DNA of 64,000 nt from Camelus ferus. Its lineage: Eukaryota. The stretch covers positions 85,314,001 to 85,378,000 of the forward strand of contig NC_045697.1 of assembly GCF_009834535.1 (NCBI RefSeq), in the 5' to 3' direction. Shown here piece by piece: positions 31,201 through 43,540 of this stretch; position 1 is the first letter of the stretch, and each line of letters opens with the position of its first letter. The notes beneath the pieces were generated by a model. The model was given only the letters and a program-made list of their open reading frames with translations, did not search any database and was not told the DNA's origin. Made by a program: the position numbers and the translations under genes.

Positions 31201-32451
31201 TCTCACTTTGCTTGTGTTTTCCCCCATCCTATTCATATTTTAATTACTGTTGCAAAGAATATTCTTTCCTCTCATCCCAGATTCCTGGACTCCCAATAAG
31301 CCTCAAAAATGCGTACGTAACTAAAATTTTAAAAGGAGCCACTGCCTGGGTCCTGGGGAAAGGACAATCACTCTTGATGTTTTCACCTGACCTTTATTTT
31401 CAAACATGTGTGCTTTCATTCACCAAGACATTTTGCTTCCATTCTGAGCTTTTACTCTATACAGTATTAAAAAATTCTGTTTTCTTTTACCAGAGGAACA
31501 CAGACACTTAAGATAATTAATTTCTCTCCTCATTATTTCTTTAATAATACCCAAAATTACAAAGCAATTTAATCCAGGGGCCCATCTTTAAAACACTTTA
31601 CAAAACTAAGCTAATTTGCCATTGCAATTCCCCAAGAATGGCTATTATCCTCTCTTTACAAAGGGTGAGCTAAAAGGTTAAGTGAAGAGCTTTAGGCTAC
31701 TGAATAAGTTAATACCATTTCTGGGAGTTGATCACAGGAATGCCAGGTTCCTGCCTTTAAGCTCCAATTAGAATACCACTTTCATAAGAATGACCCATTG
31801 AAAAGTCTGAATAAGGGCACATTTTTATTCAAGGCATTTTCTCCTATTTAAAAGTAACCAGATAAAGTATATCTGATCTGTGTAATTTTAAGCATTTTTT
31901 TCTGAACAAGTGTTTATTGTATAACACTTGGAATACACAGAAATACATAAAGAGTAAAATAATAATGACTTGCCAGTCAGAGATAGCCATTAGTCAAATT
32001 GTATATAGATGTGTGTTTTCTGTGTGTAATTTTACTTTTATTTTAGATGATTGACAGTACACTTGAGTTGAGATTTGTAAACTTTTTTTCATGGAAATAT
32101 AAATTATATATATATAACACATTCTCATTTTAATTTATTTTTCCTAAATAATAGCAAAGACAAATTGTCAGAAGTGAACAGAAAACAGGCAGAATAGAAC
32201 ACAGGATACAACTTGAAGAAAACAGCAAATGTTTGTATAAGAGGTAGCCTAGAGCCAGAAATATGAATGGTGTGAACATTAAACAAGGAATCTGAGTTTG
32301 ATAAGTGAAACCGTTGCTCACAAACCTGAATGCCCCTATCTCTTAGTGCATGATTTCACCAAAGCTAAGAGATGTAAAACTTGATGGAGAGCAATTACCA
32401 TGAACGTTGCCTGAGACCTTCATATGTGCCAAGTACTCCTCCCCAAAGTGC

Positions 32452-34581
32452 CAGGGCTGGAGCCAGGCTCTGTGGGGTCTAACACTTATGCAGTTGGAGG
32501 GGGAGAAGCTTCAAGAAAGAAACAACAAAATGAAGATGCAAAATTAGTTATGAAAGCTAAAATGTATTTAGATTAAAAAGAATACATTATAAATTTTAAA
32601 TAGCTGAAAAAAGATAAGAGCATTCTGTGGTATAATTTATAAATTATACTTCAAAAGAAAAATGTTCAATGAAACCACAAACATCCCCAAATCCAGGTTA
32701 AAAAATACAATGTCCACATGCTTCTGTAATAACTTTGTTGTCTTACTTTTTGGTGCACTCTTTTTGATTGTTGTTTCTGATGACAAAGATTTAATGATAT
32801 TGTTTTCCACAGAGAGAAGAGAAAGATAATTTAAACTTTTCTCTGGCATGATTACTTGAAATTTGTTTTAAGTACTAACAGTTTAGAAAAAATATTCTGT
32901 AGCTTCACAGATGTTTATTAGTAAATGATCATGAATTTTTTGTTGTTTGCTGAAGTCCCCTACTTTCTTTTTTAAATTTATAAACTGCAGGACTTCAGGG
33001 AACTTCAAGTTATGTCTGTGAATTTTTGTCACTGTCAGTATTAAATATCCAATCCTTAAAAAATGTAAGTCTTTTTCTAGCATGTATATAATTCACTTCT
33101 CTGTGTGAATTTGATTGTCAAAAATCCCAGGGCTTATTTATTATTATATTTAAACCTTGTCTCTTCCTTTTAATTAACTGCAACTTTTGAAATGATCTAA
33201 AGTATTTTTTATTATAATTTGCTTCTCAACATCAGAATAATTTATATTTATTTTGAGACAGGAAGGGGGCAAGGCACAGCCATTCAAGAAATGATACAGC
33301 AATTAACATCAAAATGGTGAAAGATTCAATCCCCAGAAGGCCTTGAGACTCAAGATGGTGGAAGATTTGACTTCTAGCAGATCTTGAGCTTCATTATATG
33401 CCCATTGTAATATGTTAGCATGATGACTAACATGCCTACAGGTGCCATGGCAGTCCCAAGGCTAGCCACAAAAGGTCAAAGAGTGGGAAATGGCCAACTT
33501 CCTGGGAATCCCAGCCCCTTCCCCAGGCTAGTTAGACTGGTCCTTCCACTTATTAGCATATGAAGCCACTGAACCCATAAAAACTGGCAACATGGCGCTT
33601 CATGGCGGCCCCCTCTCTCTCTCCCCCTTCGCAGACAGCCCACACTGTCTATGGAGTGTGTACCTACTTTTACTCTAATCTGAGCACCCAACCCCCATAC
33701 CTCGTGGCCTTTCTCTTGCCTTTTGATGTATCTCTCTAAATGAATCTACCTTTACTCAACCGTGGCTCGCTCTTGAATTCTTTCCTGCATGAAGCCAAGG
33801 ACCCACACTTGGCAGGACATGTCCCAGGGTCTCAACCAAAGCCTGGGACACTGCCCTTCTCACGCATCAGTTTTTCCTGCATCAATTTCATCACTCATCT
33901 TAACACTTTTGTTTCACATTTCATTAACTTTTATCTGAATTTTCACTTAGTTCTCTAATAGGTAAATTTAAAGATAATAAAAGATATGACCAAATCAGAA
34001 GTCTATAATTTTTCATTTACTTTATTGAAATATTCCAAAATGTCTTTTCAATTTCCAGCTAAAATGGTGTGTTAAGAGTTGTATTCACTTATGCATCAAA
34101 TTTAAAATAAAAGGAATTAGATTATATGTATATAATTACAATTATGCATTATGGAGAATATTCCTGACAGGAGAGAAATTTCCACAGGTTGGCTGCTGGT
34201 GCCATGCGTTTCAAACCTGGTTGCTTCACAATTATCCACATACTTCAGCACTGGGTGCTACAGAACATGCTTATTCCTCTGGCCCTGCAATATTTTGTTA
34301 ATCAATTCAGCTTTCAGCTTTTCCTTAGCCACATCCCCCAAATGCATGGGTTACTCCAGCCTCACCCAACCAGAGAGGAACTGTGATGGAGGGAAGTTGG
34401 AGTGCAAAGAGCCATCAGTCTTCATCAAATGTGGATAAAACATTTTATGTTTGTAAATTTTATAAAAACATATAACCATATATGTAGATTTCTAGCCACC
34501 CCCCCCGCCCCGCCCACCGCCAAGGTCCTAGAAGGAGCCCAGGGGAATAAGAGTTTTAGTTTCATGGTAAATCCACCTCAG
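32452..34581 (-). mobile_element. hAT-Tip100 (Zaphod/MER115-like) DNA transposon fossil, internally deleted, with transposase C-terminal remnant
   Basis: Ends cagggctggagccaggctctgtgggg... and ...tagtttcatggtaaatccacctcag. Minus-strand frameshifted peptide ...FSKLLVLKT...MPEKSLNYLSLLSVENNI resembles the hAT dimerisation motif (ERSFSKL..K..LRSTM.EERLN.L.LLSIE). Confidence 0.75.
33254..33869 (+). mobile_element. MER41-like ERV1 solo LTR inserted in the hAT fossil
   Basis: TGAGACA...GCATCA termini, TSD attt/gttt; motifs caagatgg, ggtgccatggcagt, ctcgctcttgaattctttcctgcatgaagccaaggaccc are MER41-like. Confidence 0.75.
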
Positions 34582-34744
34582 ATTAGTTTATCTATTCTTC
34601 TTGGCAAGTGTATAAACTAAGTGCTCTAGTTACCTCCAGATGAGGGAACTCAGGATGGCTAAGCGACTTGCCCAAGGGCACATAGCTACCAAGGGCTGGA
34701 ACCAAGATTTAACTCCAAGTAGTTGAGTGTGGAACCCAAAGTAT

Positions 34745-34975
34745 GCAACTGAATGCTTACTGTGGGCCAGGAGCTATCTGAGCACTTTACATTCACTAGT
34801 TAATCCTCGTAACAATAGCATACTATAGGTGTTGTTACTATCCCCATTTAGCAGATGGGGATAATCAAGGAACAAAGAGACTTTTATTTGCCCAAGGTCA
34901 TCCAGTTGGTAAGAAGTGAGGTGGGATTCAAATGCAGCTCTGTCTATGGAGTCCAAACACCTAACCACTTCAGCG
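34745..34975 (-). mobile_element. MIR SINE
   Basis: tgaatgcttactgtgggccagg...tatccccatttagcagatggg...ttgcccaaggtcatccag...gggattcaaa. Confidence 0.75.
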
Positions 34976-37441
34976 CCTCTCCTTCCCCAAACATCATGAC
35001 TATTATATGGATATACTATGAAGTAAACTGAAAAGCCCACTTGAAAAGAAAGTGCAATAAGAGAATTTTTGCACTTGCAGAGAGCTCCTCGGACTAAACT
35101 CCCAGGTGTCTTGTAAGGGGTGAGGACATACTCTTTTTATCTATTTGGTCTACTTTGATAAAAGTTGACATTGATAATAAAAGTATTGAAGTTTTTACAT
35201 AGGGAGTGGCATGATAAAAATTGTTTTAAGAAAGGTATAAAGAAGGTTTGGGTTAGAAGGAAAGAGGAGATTAAATTAGAATGTAGTTGAAGTGGCAGAA
35301 GAGAGTAGCACTTGGAAACAAAAGAAAAGACAAGTTTTGAAGAGAAAAGTGGGTGAAAGATAATATAAAGGACAGAAAAGAATCAAAAGTAAAGGGACAG
35401 AAACTGGAGAGGAGGATAAGAATAAGCACTTTGAAGTAGAGGGAGATCAATTCAAGTTTGGAGATAAATTAGCATGAAGTCTTTGGAATTGCATGAAACA
35501 TTTGAAACCATCTGATCCAACCTCCTCATTCTATAATGAGGGATACTGAGACCTACAAGTTGATATGACTTATTCAAAGTCATCAAGTAGTAGGAGTCAG
35601 TACTAGCTCTGGAGCTATGGTGATGTCCAGCTAATGCTGGAGCTTTTCAAGGGTGTTGTCCTGCTGGCACTCAGGAAATAGGGGCCTGGAAAGCAGGCAA
35701 AAGGCAGGGAATATGATATTCATTTAGAAATTATCTGAAAAGATGATGGGTGAAACCTGGCAACTGGATAAGCTCAAGGTTGGGAGTTTACAGGAAAGTG
35801 AAAAGAGTCACCAGATACAAGCGTGTGCAAAACCAGCATGGGAGGCTGAGCCAGGATTGTTGGGAAGGGAAGGAGGCAGTGATAGTAAAGCGAGAACACA
35901 AGAGTCAGAACAAAGGCCAAATTGAAGCAGTGGAGACATCTGGAAGGCAAGCCAAGACAAGAGAATACTGAAGAAAGCCTGAGTGGTCTAAAGAGGCAAA
36001 TACCTAGGAAGAATCAAAGACGGACGCTGAGAAAGGACCATTTCCATTTTTCAAGAAGTGGTCAGAGAGGTTGTAATTAGATTAAGGTTTTAAGAGTTGA
36101 GAATAAAGGGATTTGAGAAATCCATTTGCCAGGAGTTACCTCAGGAATGTTTACACAAGCTTTTAAATACGTTCCTACTCTTTCAGTTGACCATCCTTTA
36201 AATATTTTTATTTGCTTCAATTGCAACAGGCACACAGAGTGTGTAGGAAATATTATCAATATGCTAAATATGAGGCTATTGGTGAGAAGAATGCAAACTT
36301 GGGTTCTTTGAAGGCAGGCAATATTTATTTTATCTTTGTACTTTCTGTTCCCAGCACAGACTTGGTATATCCTGGGTGCCCAGTGAATGGCAAAAAAATG
36401 AAACATGAGTGATCAGTAATAGAATAGTTAGTAATCAAATCTTTGTTCTTAGTTTGTTGTCTCTTGCACTTCATTTAGTTTCTTAGGACAACCACCAAAA
36501 TTGAAATTGGTATTTAAGTATTCTATATACAGAATACCAGAAAAGAATGTGAGGTCTGGGGATGAGAATAGTCTGTTAAACCATGTAAGGAAATACTTAA
36601 GACTCTCTCCCCAATATCTTTTCTATATCATAGCTCTTCAACTTGGAGGCCTGACCTCTAAACTCCAGGAGTGAACCTTAATTGATAATCAATCAATCAA
36701 TCAGATTAATTCCATCCCCTTTTCCACAGGGCGGGTGACGCATGCTTAGGCCAGCTGAGGGCAAGACATTAGCCAGGCCGTAGAAATTATTTCAAGGATT
36801 ATGGGGACATGCACAACCTTTGTCCTACAAACTCTCACTTTTTTCCCCAGGACTTAAATTGGAGCAACAAAAGGTGAATATCAGAACAAAAATCAGGAAA
36901 TATTTTTGGGATTCCGGTGTCTCTCTCTCCTCCTTTTGGGATTGTGATTGATGTCATAAGGCAAAAAGCACGAATTGTCTGCTTGATGCTTCCTTTTCCA
37001 TTTTCATAAAGCTTGAGCTAGGGAACAGCCTCCTGGAGGAGTGGAGAGCAGGAAGTGACCCTTCTAGACTGAGGAAGAAATGGAGGTCGGTGGGTTGCAG
37101 AGGAACTGTACAGAGCCCTCGCAGGGAACGCAGCACAGGTCACTGAGAGAGGCCAGTTTGGAATGACTAAAACTTCCCCAAAATATCTATGCCAAGGGTG
37201 ACAACACAGAATCAGAATGGCCAGTCCTGTTGGATGCATTTAGGTTATAACTCTTCTTGTCTTATTAGTGACTAGTGTAGAAAAATGAGCAGCAGTGACC
37301 CAAAGAATCTTTCAATGCATTGGAATATGTATAAAGCTCTAGAATCTTTCCACACCTTTGTATAGGGAAGTCTGGTAATGACTGAAGTTGAATTATCTTC
37401 CAGCTTGACAAGATGAGGGCTTTAAAGAAAATTTAAAAAGT

Positions 37442-37610
37442 GGGGTGCAGCTCAGTGGTAGAGTGCATGCTTAGCTGGCCTGAGGTCCTGGGTTCAATCC
37501 CTAGTACCTCCATTAAAATAAAAAAGTAAATAAATAAACCTAATTATCCCCCCAAAACAAAAAAACAAATAAATAAAATATTTTTTAAAAGAAAGAAAGA
37601 AAATAAACAC
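37442..37610 (+). mobile_element. tRNA-derived SINE (Vic-1-like)
   Basis: gcagctcagtggtagagtgcatgcttagc...gaggtcctgggttcaatccctagtacctcc, taaataaacctaatta tail; aatttaaaaa on both flanks. Confidence 0.88.
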
Positions 37611-39609
37611 AATTTAAAAAAATTTTTCTCACTTGAGTTTGTGAACTAAGAATCATACTGTCTTTAGCCACCTTCTGTATTACAGTAAAACCGCTTAACA
37701 ACCAACACATAGTGGTCTAAAGATAGGAGGTGCCCAACAAATATAGGATGGATGGATGGCATTTTAAAACTAGACTTGAAAGCTGGTCTCTAACAGATGC
37801 TGTAATAGTCCCCATAGAATAACTTTGAGAATATTGAGCAATGATCAGAGATTATCCAAATCCTTGCTAAGTCTGTAAGAGTCGAACCTCGGTGGGTGAG
37901 CCTTTCAGTTGTACTGAGTATTATGACAGTTCACGAACTTGGTGCTACCCTATAGCTGGGTCACCGAAGCCAGACAGAACTGAATAGAAAAGAAAACAGG
38001 AGAACTCCAAATTGCACGGAGCGCTTGATGCTTTGAGTTTAGAGCTGTCTGCTCTGGTATCCAAGCATAACAGAAATGCAGGTGCAGGCATGGGAAGAGA
38101 AGTCTCAAAAAGAGCGCATGTGATCTGGAAACTCACAGAATGTACTCACTGTGTAGAAGAGTTAACCTGAGCAGCTCTGGTCTGTTTTAGAAGCCTTGGC
38201 TTCCTGTCTCCTATGCAGGGGTTGCCCTTTTTGAAAACTATAAATTAGGATCTGATCTAGGGACTATTTCAATCTATTAGTGAAGTCTCTACATTAGGCA
38301 GTACAACTGTACAATAAATTCATTATAAACTCTTGAAAGAACTTGAACAGTCTGAAGTGTGTTTGTAATGAATAGGACATGGAAGTTTAGATTCCAGGTT
38401 GGGAATCTCCCCAAGAGGTGAGTCTATTGTAGAGCTGAAGCTTTCTTAATTAATAAATGCCAATTGATCTATGTTCAATGTGAATTGTGAAGTATTCAAG
38501 TCCCTCCTTGATTTGTTAATTTATATTTAGAAGTTGATAAATAGCTACAGAGGATAGATATAATTCATAAGAGGCTGTATCCAACAACTGCCAGAGAGGT
38601 AATATTCTTACTGGCACAAGAATGGACACATTCTGAGTGTTTTCATAACTAACAGTACATTGGAAAAGAACGTTTCAAGGATGTACTTTATGTAAAAAAA
38701 TGTTACTTTAAACCTTTACAGTCTCTTCTCTACATGAGGAAGAGAACCATGAAAAATTGACCCCAAGACAGATTTCTCTAGATGATGGATGAAGTGTAGA
38801 GTCACTGCACATTGACAGAAAGAAATTCTTTGAAAATACTGTATGTAACTCCATGACAGCCTTGGAGTACTTGATAATTCTAAAAAGAATAGAAATTTAA
38901 AAGCAAGCTTATCAGTTCTACAGTGATAAGGACAGCTTTCCATTGCTCTGGGTCCATGGGGACTATCTGAAGAAATTATATCTGTCTTCGATTGGGAGGG
39001 TATGTTTTTAAATCTTTGTCTATAGAATTCTATTCTACTATTTGCCTCTAAACCAACTTGTGCAGGTCTTATTCAATACTTACAGAGTTCAAATGATAGA
39101 GGTGATGGAATAAAAGCACAGTGACTGGAAATACCACATTCTAGCAGCAGAACTAGTTCTAATGGAACTTTTGGCAGGGACGCCCAGTCATTGTACTTGC
39201 CGTGTGGACTTCACAATTGTTTGTCAGTGGAAGGAGGTGTGAGGAGAAAGAAGAGACTGGACAAATAGATATATTTTCCTGTTCTAGCTTTGTTTACAAA
39301 ATTGATAAATGTAACTTAAGGTCACAATTCCTCTATTTTCCTTGGTATCACTTATTCTCCCTCTTTCCAATAATGGGGGACAGTTGTAACTCACCAAGGA
39401 TGCTGTGAATGTCTCAGAATAGGATAAAGTCATCTTGTTGGAATGGCAATAGGTCATATTTTTGGAGGTTCCTTCTGCTGTGACCAGACTGAGAGGTCAC
39501 TGATCCTAAACATGTAGGGGTCTTTTATAAGTCACCCCAGTCCACCTTTCCTTCTACTCTTCTCTGCTAGAATCATCCTTTTCAAATCAGAGGCTGTCAC
39601 TTCACTGCA

Positions 39610-40202
39610 TGAGGAGGTAATCAAGAGGACATGACCACCAGTTGACCTTTGGGCTGGACCTAGGCAAGGTCAGAGGCTGCTCATGCCCACCCCTGTCCTT
39701 GGGATGTATGCTCTGCCTACAGTTCTCATAGTGGGAGCTGTTCCAGGGATGTAGCCTGGAGAGAGTAAGGTGTTGAGACCACAGGGATAGTACAAGTGAC
39801 TGGACCCAGTTAAGGCCTCTACATAAACTTTTGTAATTAAATATTTTTTAATTTTTTAAATTAAATTAATTAATTATTTTTATTGGAGTGGGTGGTAATT
39901 AAATTTACTTATTTATTTATTTTTAGAAGAAGTACTAGGGATTGAACCCAGGACCTTGCTAAGCATGTGCTCTACCACTTGAGCTATACCGTCCCCCACT
40001 ACATAAACTTTTACGATTTGGCCATCAGTGTAGAAATACACCCATCCTGTGGCCACCCAAGACAAATCTCTTCTGTAAGTTCCCTTGCTCATTAAAATTG
40101 CCACCTACCAATCTGGAAGATTTGCTTGTTTCTTGGGTCTCTCCCTGCCCTCCAGCTGCTTTCAGATTACACAAGGGAAGCTCCTTGGTTGTGACCCAAC
40201 CA
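39610..40202 (+). mobile_element. LTR-like element (family uncertain) interrupted by a SINE
   Basis: LTR-like composition, ATTAAA followed by U5-like sequence ending in CA; boundaries approximate. Confidence 0.45.
39833..39998 (-). mobile_element. tRNA-derived SINE (Vic-1-like), young
   Basis: Antisense head gattgaacccaggacc...ctctaccacttgagctatacc; perfect 14-bp TSD ctacataaactttt at 39819-39832 and 39999-40012. Confidence 0.9.
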
Positions 40203-40322
40203 TCACCCTAATTATTGTCCAGTTTATTCCTGAAAGCAGTACATCACAAATAACAATAACACAACATAGCAAAAGATGGTCCTATAGTCACTAATAGTGT
40301 CCTAGTAGAAAGAGTCTTCAAG

Positions 40323-40898
40323 TGTTGTGGAAAAATGTGTTACAGCTCAGTGTTACAGCTCAGTTGTGACAGCAACCTGGATCCAGGCGAGAGGCCAAGC
40401 AGCACTCCGAGAGTTGGAGAACTCAGGTTTATTACACCAGCAGGCCCAGAGGAGTTAACACTTTAAGCTCTGGCCCCTTTTGTAGGTTTACACAGGCCTT
40501 TATAGGCAGCCAGTTTTACACTTTGTAACATCATATGCAAATAAAGTATAACAGAAGTTGACCAACCAGGAACAAGCTTTGTAGAAATAGACCAATCAGG
40601 AGTGATAGAAATAATCAATCAGGAGTGAGCTCCATGCAAATGAAGTACTACAAATGGACCAATCAGAAGTTAGGGAAGTCGACCAATCAGAAGTGAGAGT
40701 AATAGCCAATCAGGAGTGAAGGAAATAACCAATCAGAAATGAGCTCAGGGAACCAACAGAAATTTAGGTGTAAGTTAGCCACTTTAGAGGCAAAAAGTGA
40801 GATAGAACCTCTGGGCCAGGGAACTGGACGGTGCTGGGAGGAGAGCAGCGGCCCTGCCTAGGGGTCCTGCTGGTCTTTTTATGGGGCTTCCTGCCTCA
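40323..40898 (-). mobile_element. Intact ERV1-class solo LTR with CCAAT-box array
   Basis: TG...CA termini, perfect 4-bp TSD CAAG (40319-40322, 40899-40902); minus-strand TATAAA (40499-40504) and AATAAA (40428-40433) in U3-R-U5 order. Confidence 0.85.
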
Positions 40899-43234
40899 CA
40901 AGGTCATCTCTAAGAGCCCCACTTATTATGTACCTGGGCTGGTCTCAAGTCCTAGGAAGAAATAGCTCTGCACTATAAGTGCTTTTATTCCACTGAATTC
41001 TCCTAAAGTGATTCCACTTTTTTTATCCTACATTGTCTTACCCACTGACTGTCCAGTGCTTGGCAGCTGTCTTGGGCAATTTTCTGAACCAAATTTGACA
41101 AAGATTTCTTAATTTGCATATTAAAGTGAATTCTAGTGATACAAGAAGTCAGTGGAACATGTTGAATCCTTTCAGAGGGATTTTATTCAAAGGTTTGAAG
41201 AAAAAATTCAAAGGTTTGAAGAAAAAAAATGTTTTGATGTTAGGGATGCCAAAGAAATTCTACTACAAGCAGATCGGCAGTTTTCCTTTACTGGGCTCTG
41301 CAGCGTGGACATGAAGACTTGCTTTTATAAGGGTGTAACTAGAGACAATGAACCTCAAAATTGAACATGCACAGCCTTTGTCTTTCACACTCTCAGTTTT
41401 CTTCTACTGATCTAAACTGAGGCTAATAAAAGGTGACTGTCAGCATGACTAAAACTGCAGGATGACTCTTTATTTCCAGGGACGGGAGAGGCATTAACCA
41501 GATAGACTCACATAGTGGGCAGCCTCAGGACTGTACTTCGGAGAAGCCCATACACTGTGGCCTCAAAGACCTGAACTCTTTGTTAGCTTTGTGTTGCTGT
41601 ATATGATTAAGCTGTGGAAGGTGCTGATCCAAATTGTTTGAACTCATGGTGAAATTTTCAGGGGTAGAAGAAAAGAGGACAAAAATCCTAAATAAGGTGA
41701 ATTAATTCATTGTTCATCTTAATGGTAATTTTTGGTTCACTAAATTGATTTAACATTAAACACATCCCTGATGGTATTTCATGAAGCAAGACTATTTCAA
41801 TAAAAGTGAGGTTCAAATATCAGGTAAAGAATATTGATTGTAGGGAATATAAATTTTCTATTTTTTTCAGTCCTTTGAAATATTATTTAATTGTAAAATA
41901 AAGGCATATGTATTATGAAATAGAATGTAAAACTAACCTATATGCTTGTAATGAAACAGAGCTTAAAGATTTTCTGTTTATGTAGTGAGCTGCTTTAGAA
42001 TATGTCTACAGATCCTTCCAAAGTAGGTTCTTTGATTATCTGTGCTTATTGTGAGTGTTTTTTTTTTTAATGTGGGCAGACCTCACAGAGACATGATGGC
42101 TAAGAGTAAATGAGGTGATGCTAGAGGCCAGCACTGTGCCTGGTACACACCAAAATCCTGGTTAAGCTTAGTCACTGCTGCTGCCACCATGACTGCTACT
42201 ACTTACCATCATCACCATCATCATCATCACTATCATTGTTATTATCAAAGTAGAAAAAATTATTTCCAGGGCAGGTTTTGGCATCTTAGGTTTGGCCATT
42301 CCCTCACTTTCCATTGGGGGGACATTTTCTCTCTGATAACACCCATTCACTTTCTTCCTTAATTTCTTTCTTTCTCTTTAATTTTTGTCATTGTCTTTTA
42401 TTGTAGGATTAGTTCTTTATACTCAGGGAAGTAACTAGAGTTTTACTTTTTGAAAAAAAAGTGTTAACTCTTGAAATAAAATATTCTGATAAAAGTGTGA
42501 AAAAAACCACATTTTCATGAATTCCCAGATTTCGTTACCCATACTTCCCATCCAGATAACGTCAGTGTCTCCGTTTATTCATCTTTACCCCCAACTTTCT
42601 GCAGTCCCTCCATTTGTTCCCGGAGTTCCCCAGGGGCTACCTCACAAATTTCACACTTCATTCCTCTTTCTCCTCTCTAATTTCGCCTTTCCAGCATCAC
42701 CTGGGGCCAGAGAGGACCAGACATCCCCCCACCTCCCGCCCTGGATATCATAGCCTTCATCTTCCTTAGAGCTTCAAACCTGCTGCCTGGCTGTCACACA
42801 TGGAATTCATTTCTTGTAATCGCTCATAATTGTCTAAAATATAGAAAGTAGGAGTAAATAGGATTTTCCTGTATCACTATAGGTGATGTAGCTTCACTCT
42901 AAACCTGGAAGGATTCAAATATGTATTCTCTTATGGCTTCAGGGAAGAAAGAGAATTTCCCCTAGTAATTATGCCCAGAAAATTAAAATTAAGTAAACAT
43001 GTATGGCTGTTGCCTGAAAATGTGCATACCTTAATATTGAAATATTTAGATATGCATACTAGATTCTTTCTAGTTATGGATATCACTGAAGAAAGTGAAG
43101 TTGCTTTTGGAGCTTTCCTCCTTAGATACGATATTGAATTCAAAAATGACCTCTATGCTTAAAAAAATCCAAGACATTAAAACAAATTGTCTTGAATAAC
43201 TTTTTTTTCAGATTTGGTTTAGTCTTTTCTTATT

Positions 43235-43540
43235 TTTTTGTTTTTTTTTAATTGATGTATAGTTGATTAGCAATCTTGTGTTAGTTTAAGGTGTACAACA
43301 AAGTGATTCAGTTATACATATACATATATATATATATTCTTTTTCAGGTTCTTTCCATTATAGGTTATTATAAAATATTGAATGTTGTTCCCTGTGTCAT
43401 ACAGTAGGCCCTTGCTATTTATCTATATTATATATAGTAGTGTGTATCTGTTAATCCCAAACTCCTAATTTATCCTTCTCACCCCTTTCCCCTTTGGTAA
43501 CCACAATTTGTTTTCTGTCTGTGAGTCTATATCTGTAACA
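43235..43540 (-). mobile_element. 5'-truncated artiodactyl-type L1 3' end
   Basis: Poly-T, ggtgtacaacaaagtgattcagttatac...ctgttaatcccaaactcctaatttatcc...ccctttggtaacc; antisense counterpart of the 21591 element. Confidence 0.85.

Noticed and set aside
37442..37515. tRNA-like sequences here and at 4330, 12010 and 39930
   Set aside because: A/B boxes are present, but they are followed by A-rich tails and flanked by TSDs, so these are SINEs rather than tRNA genes.
40560..40760. Regularly spaced short repeats with variable spacers, superficially CRISPR-like
   Set aside because: Units are only ~8-12 bp with related spacers, lie inside a TSD-flanked LTR in a mammalian genome, and have no cas genes nearby; this is an enhancer repeat array.
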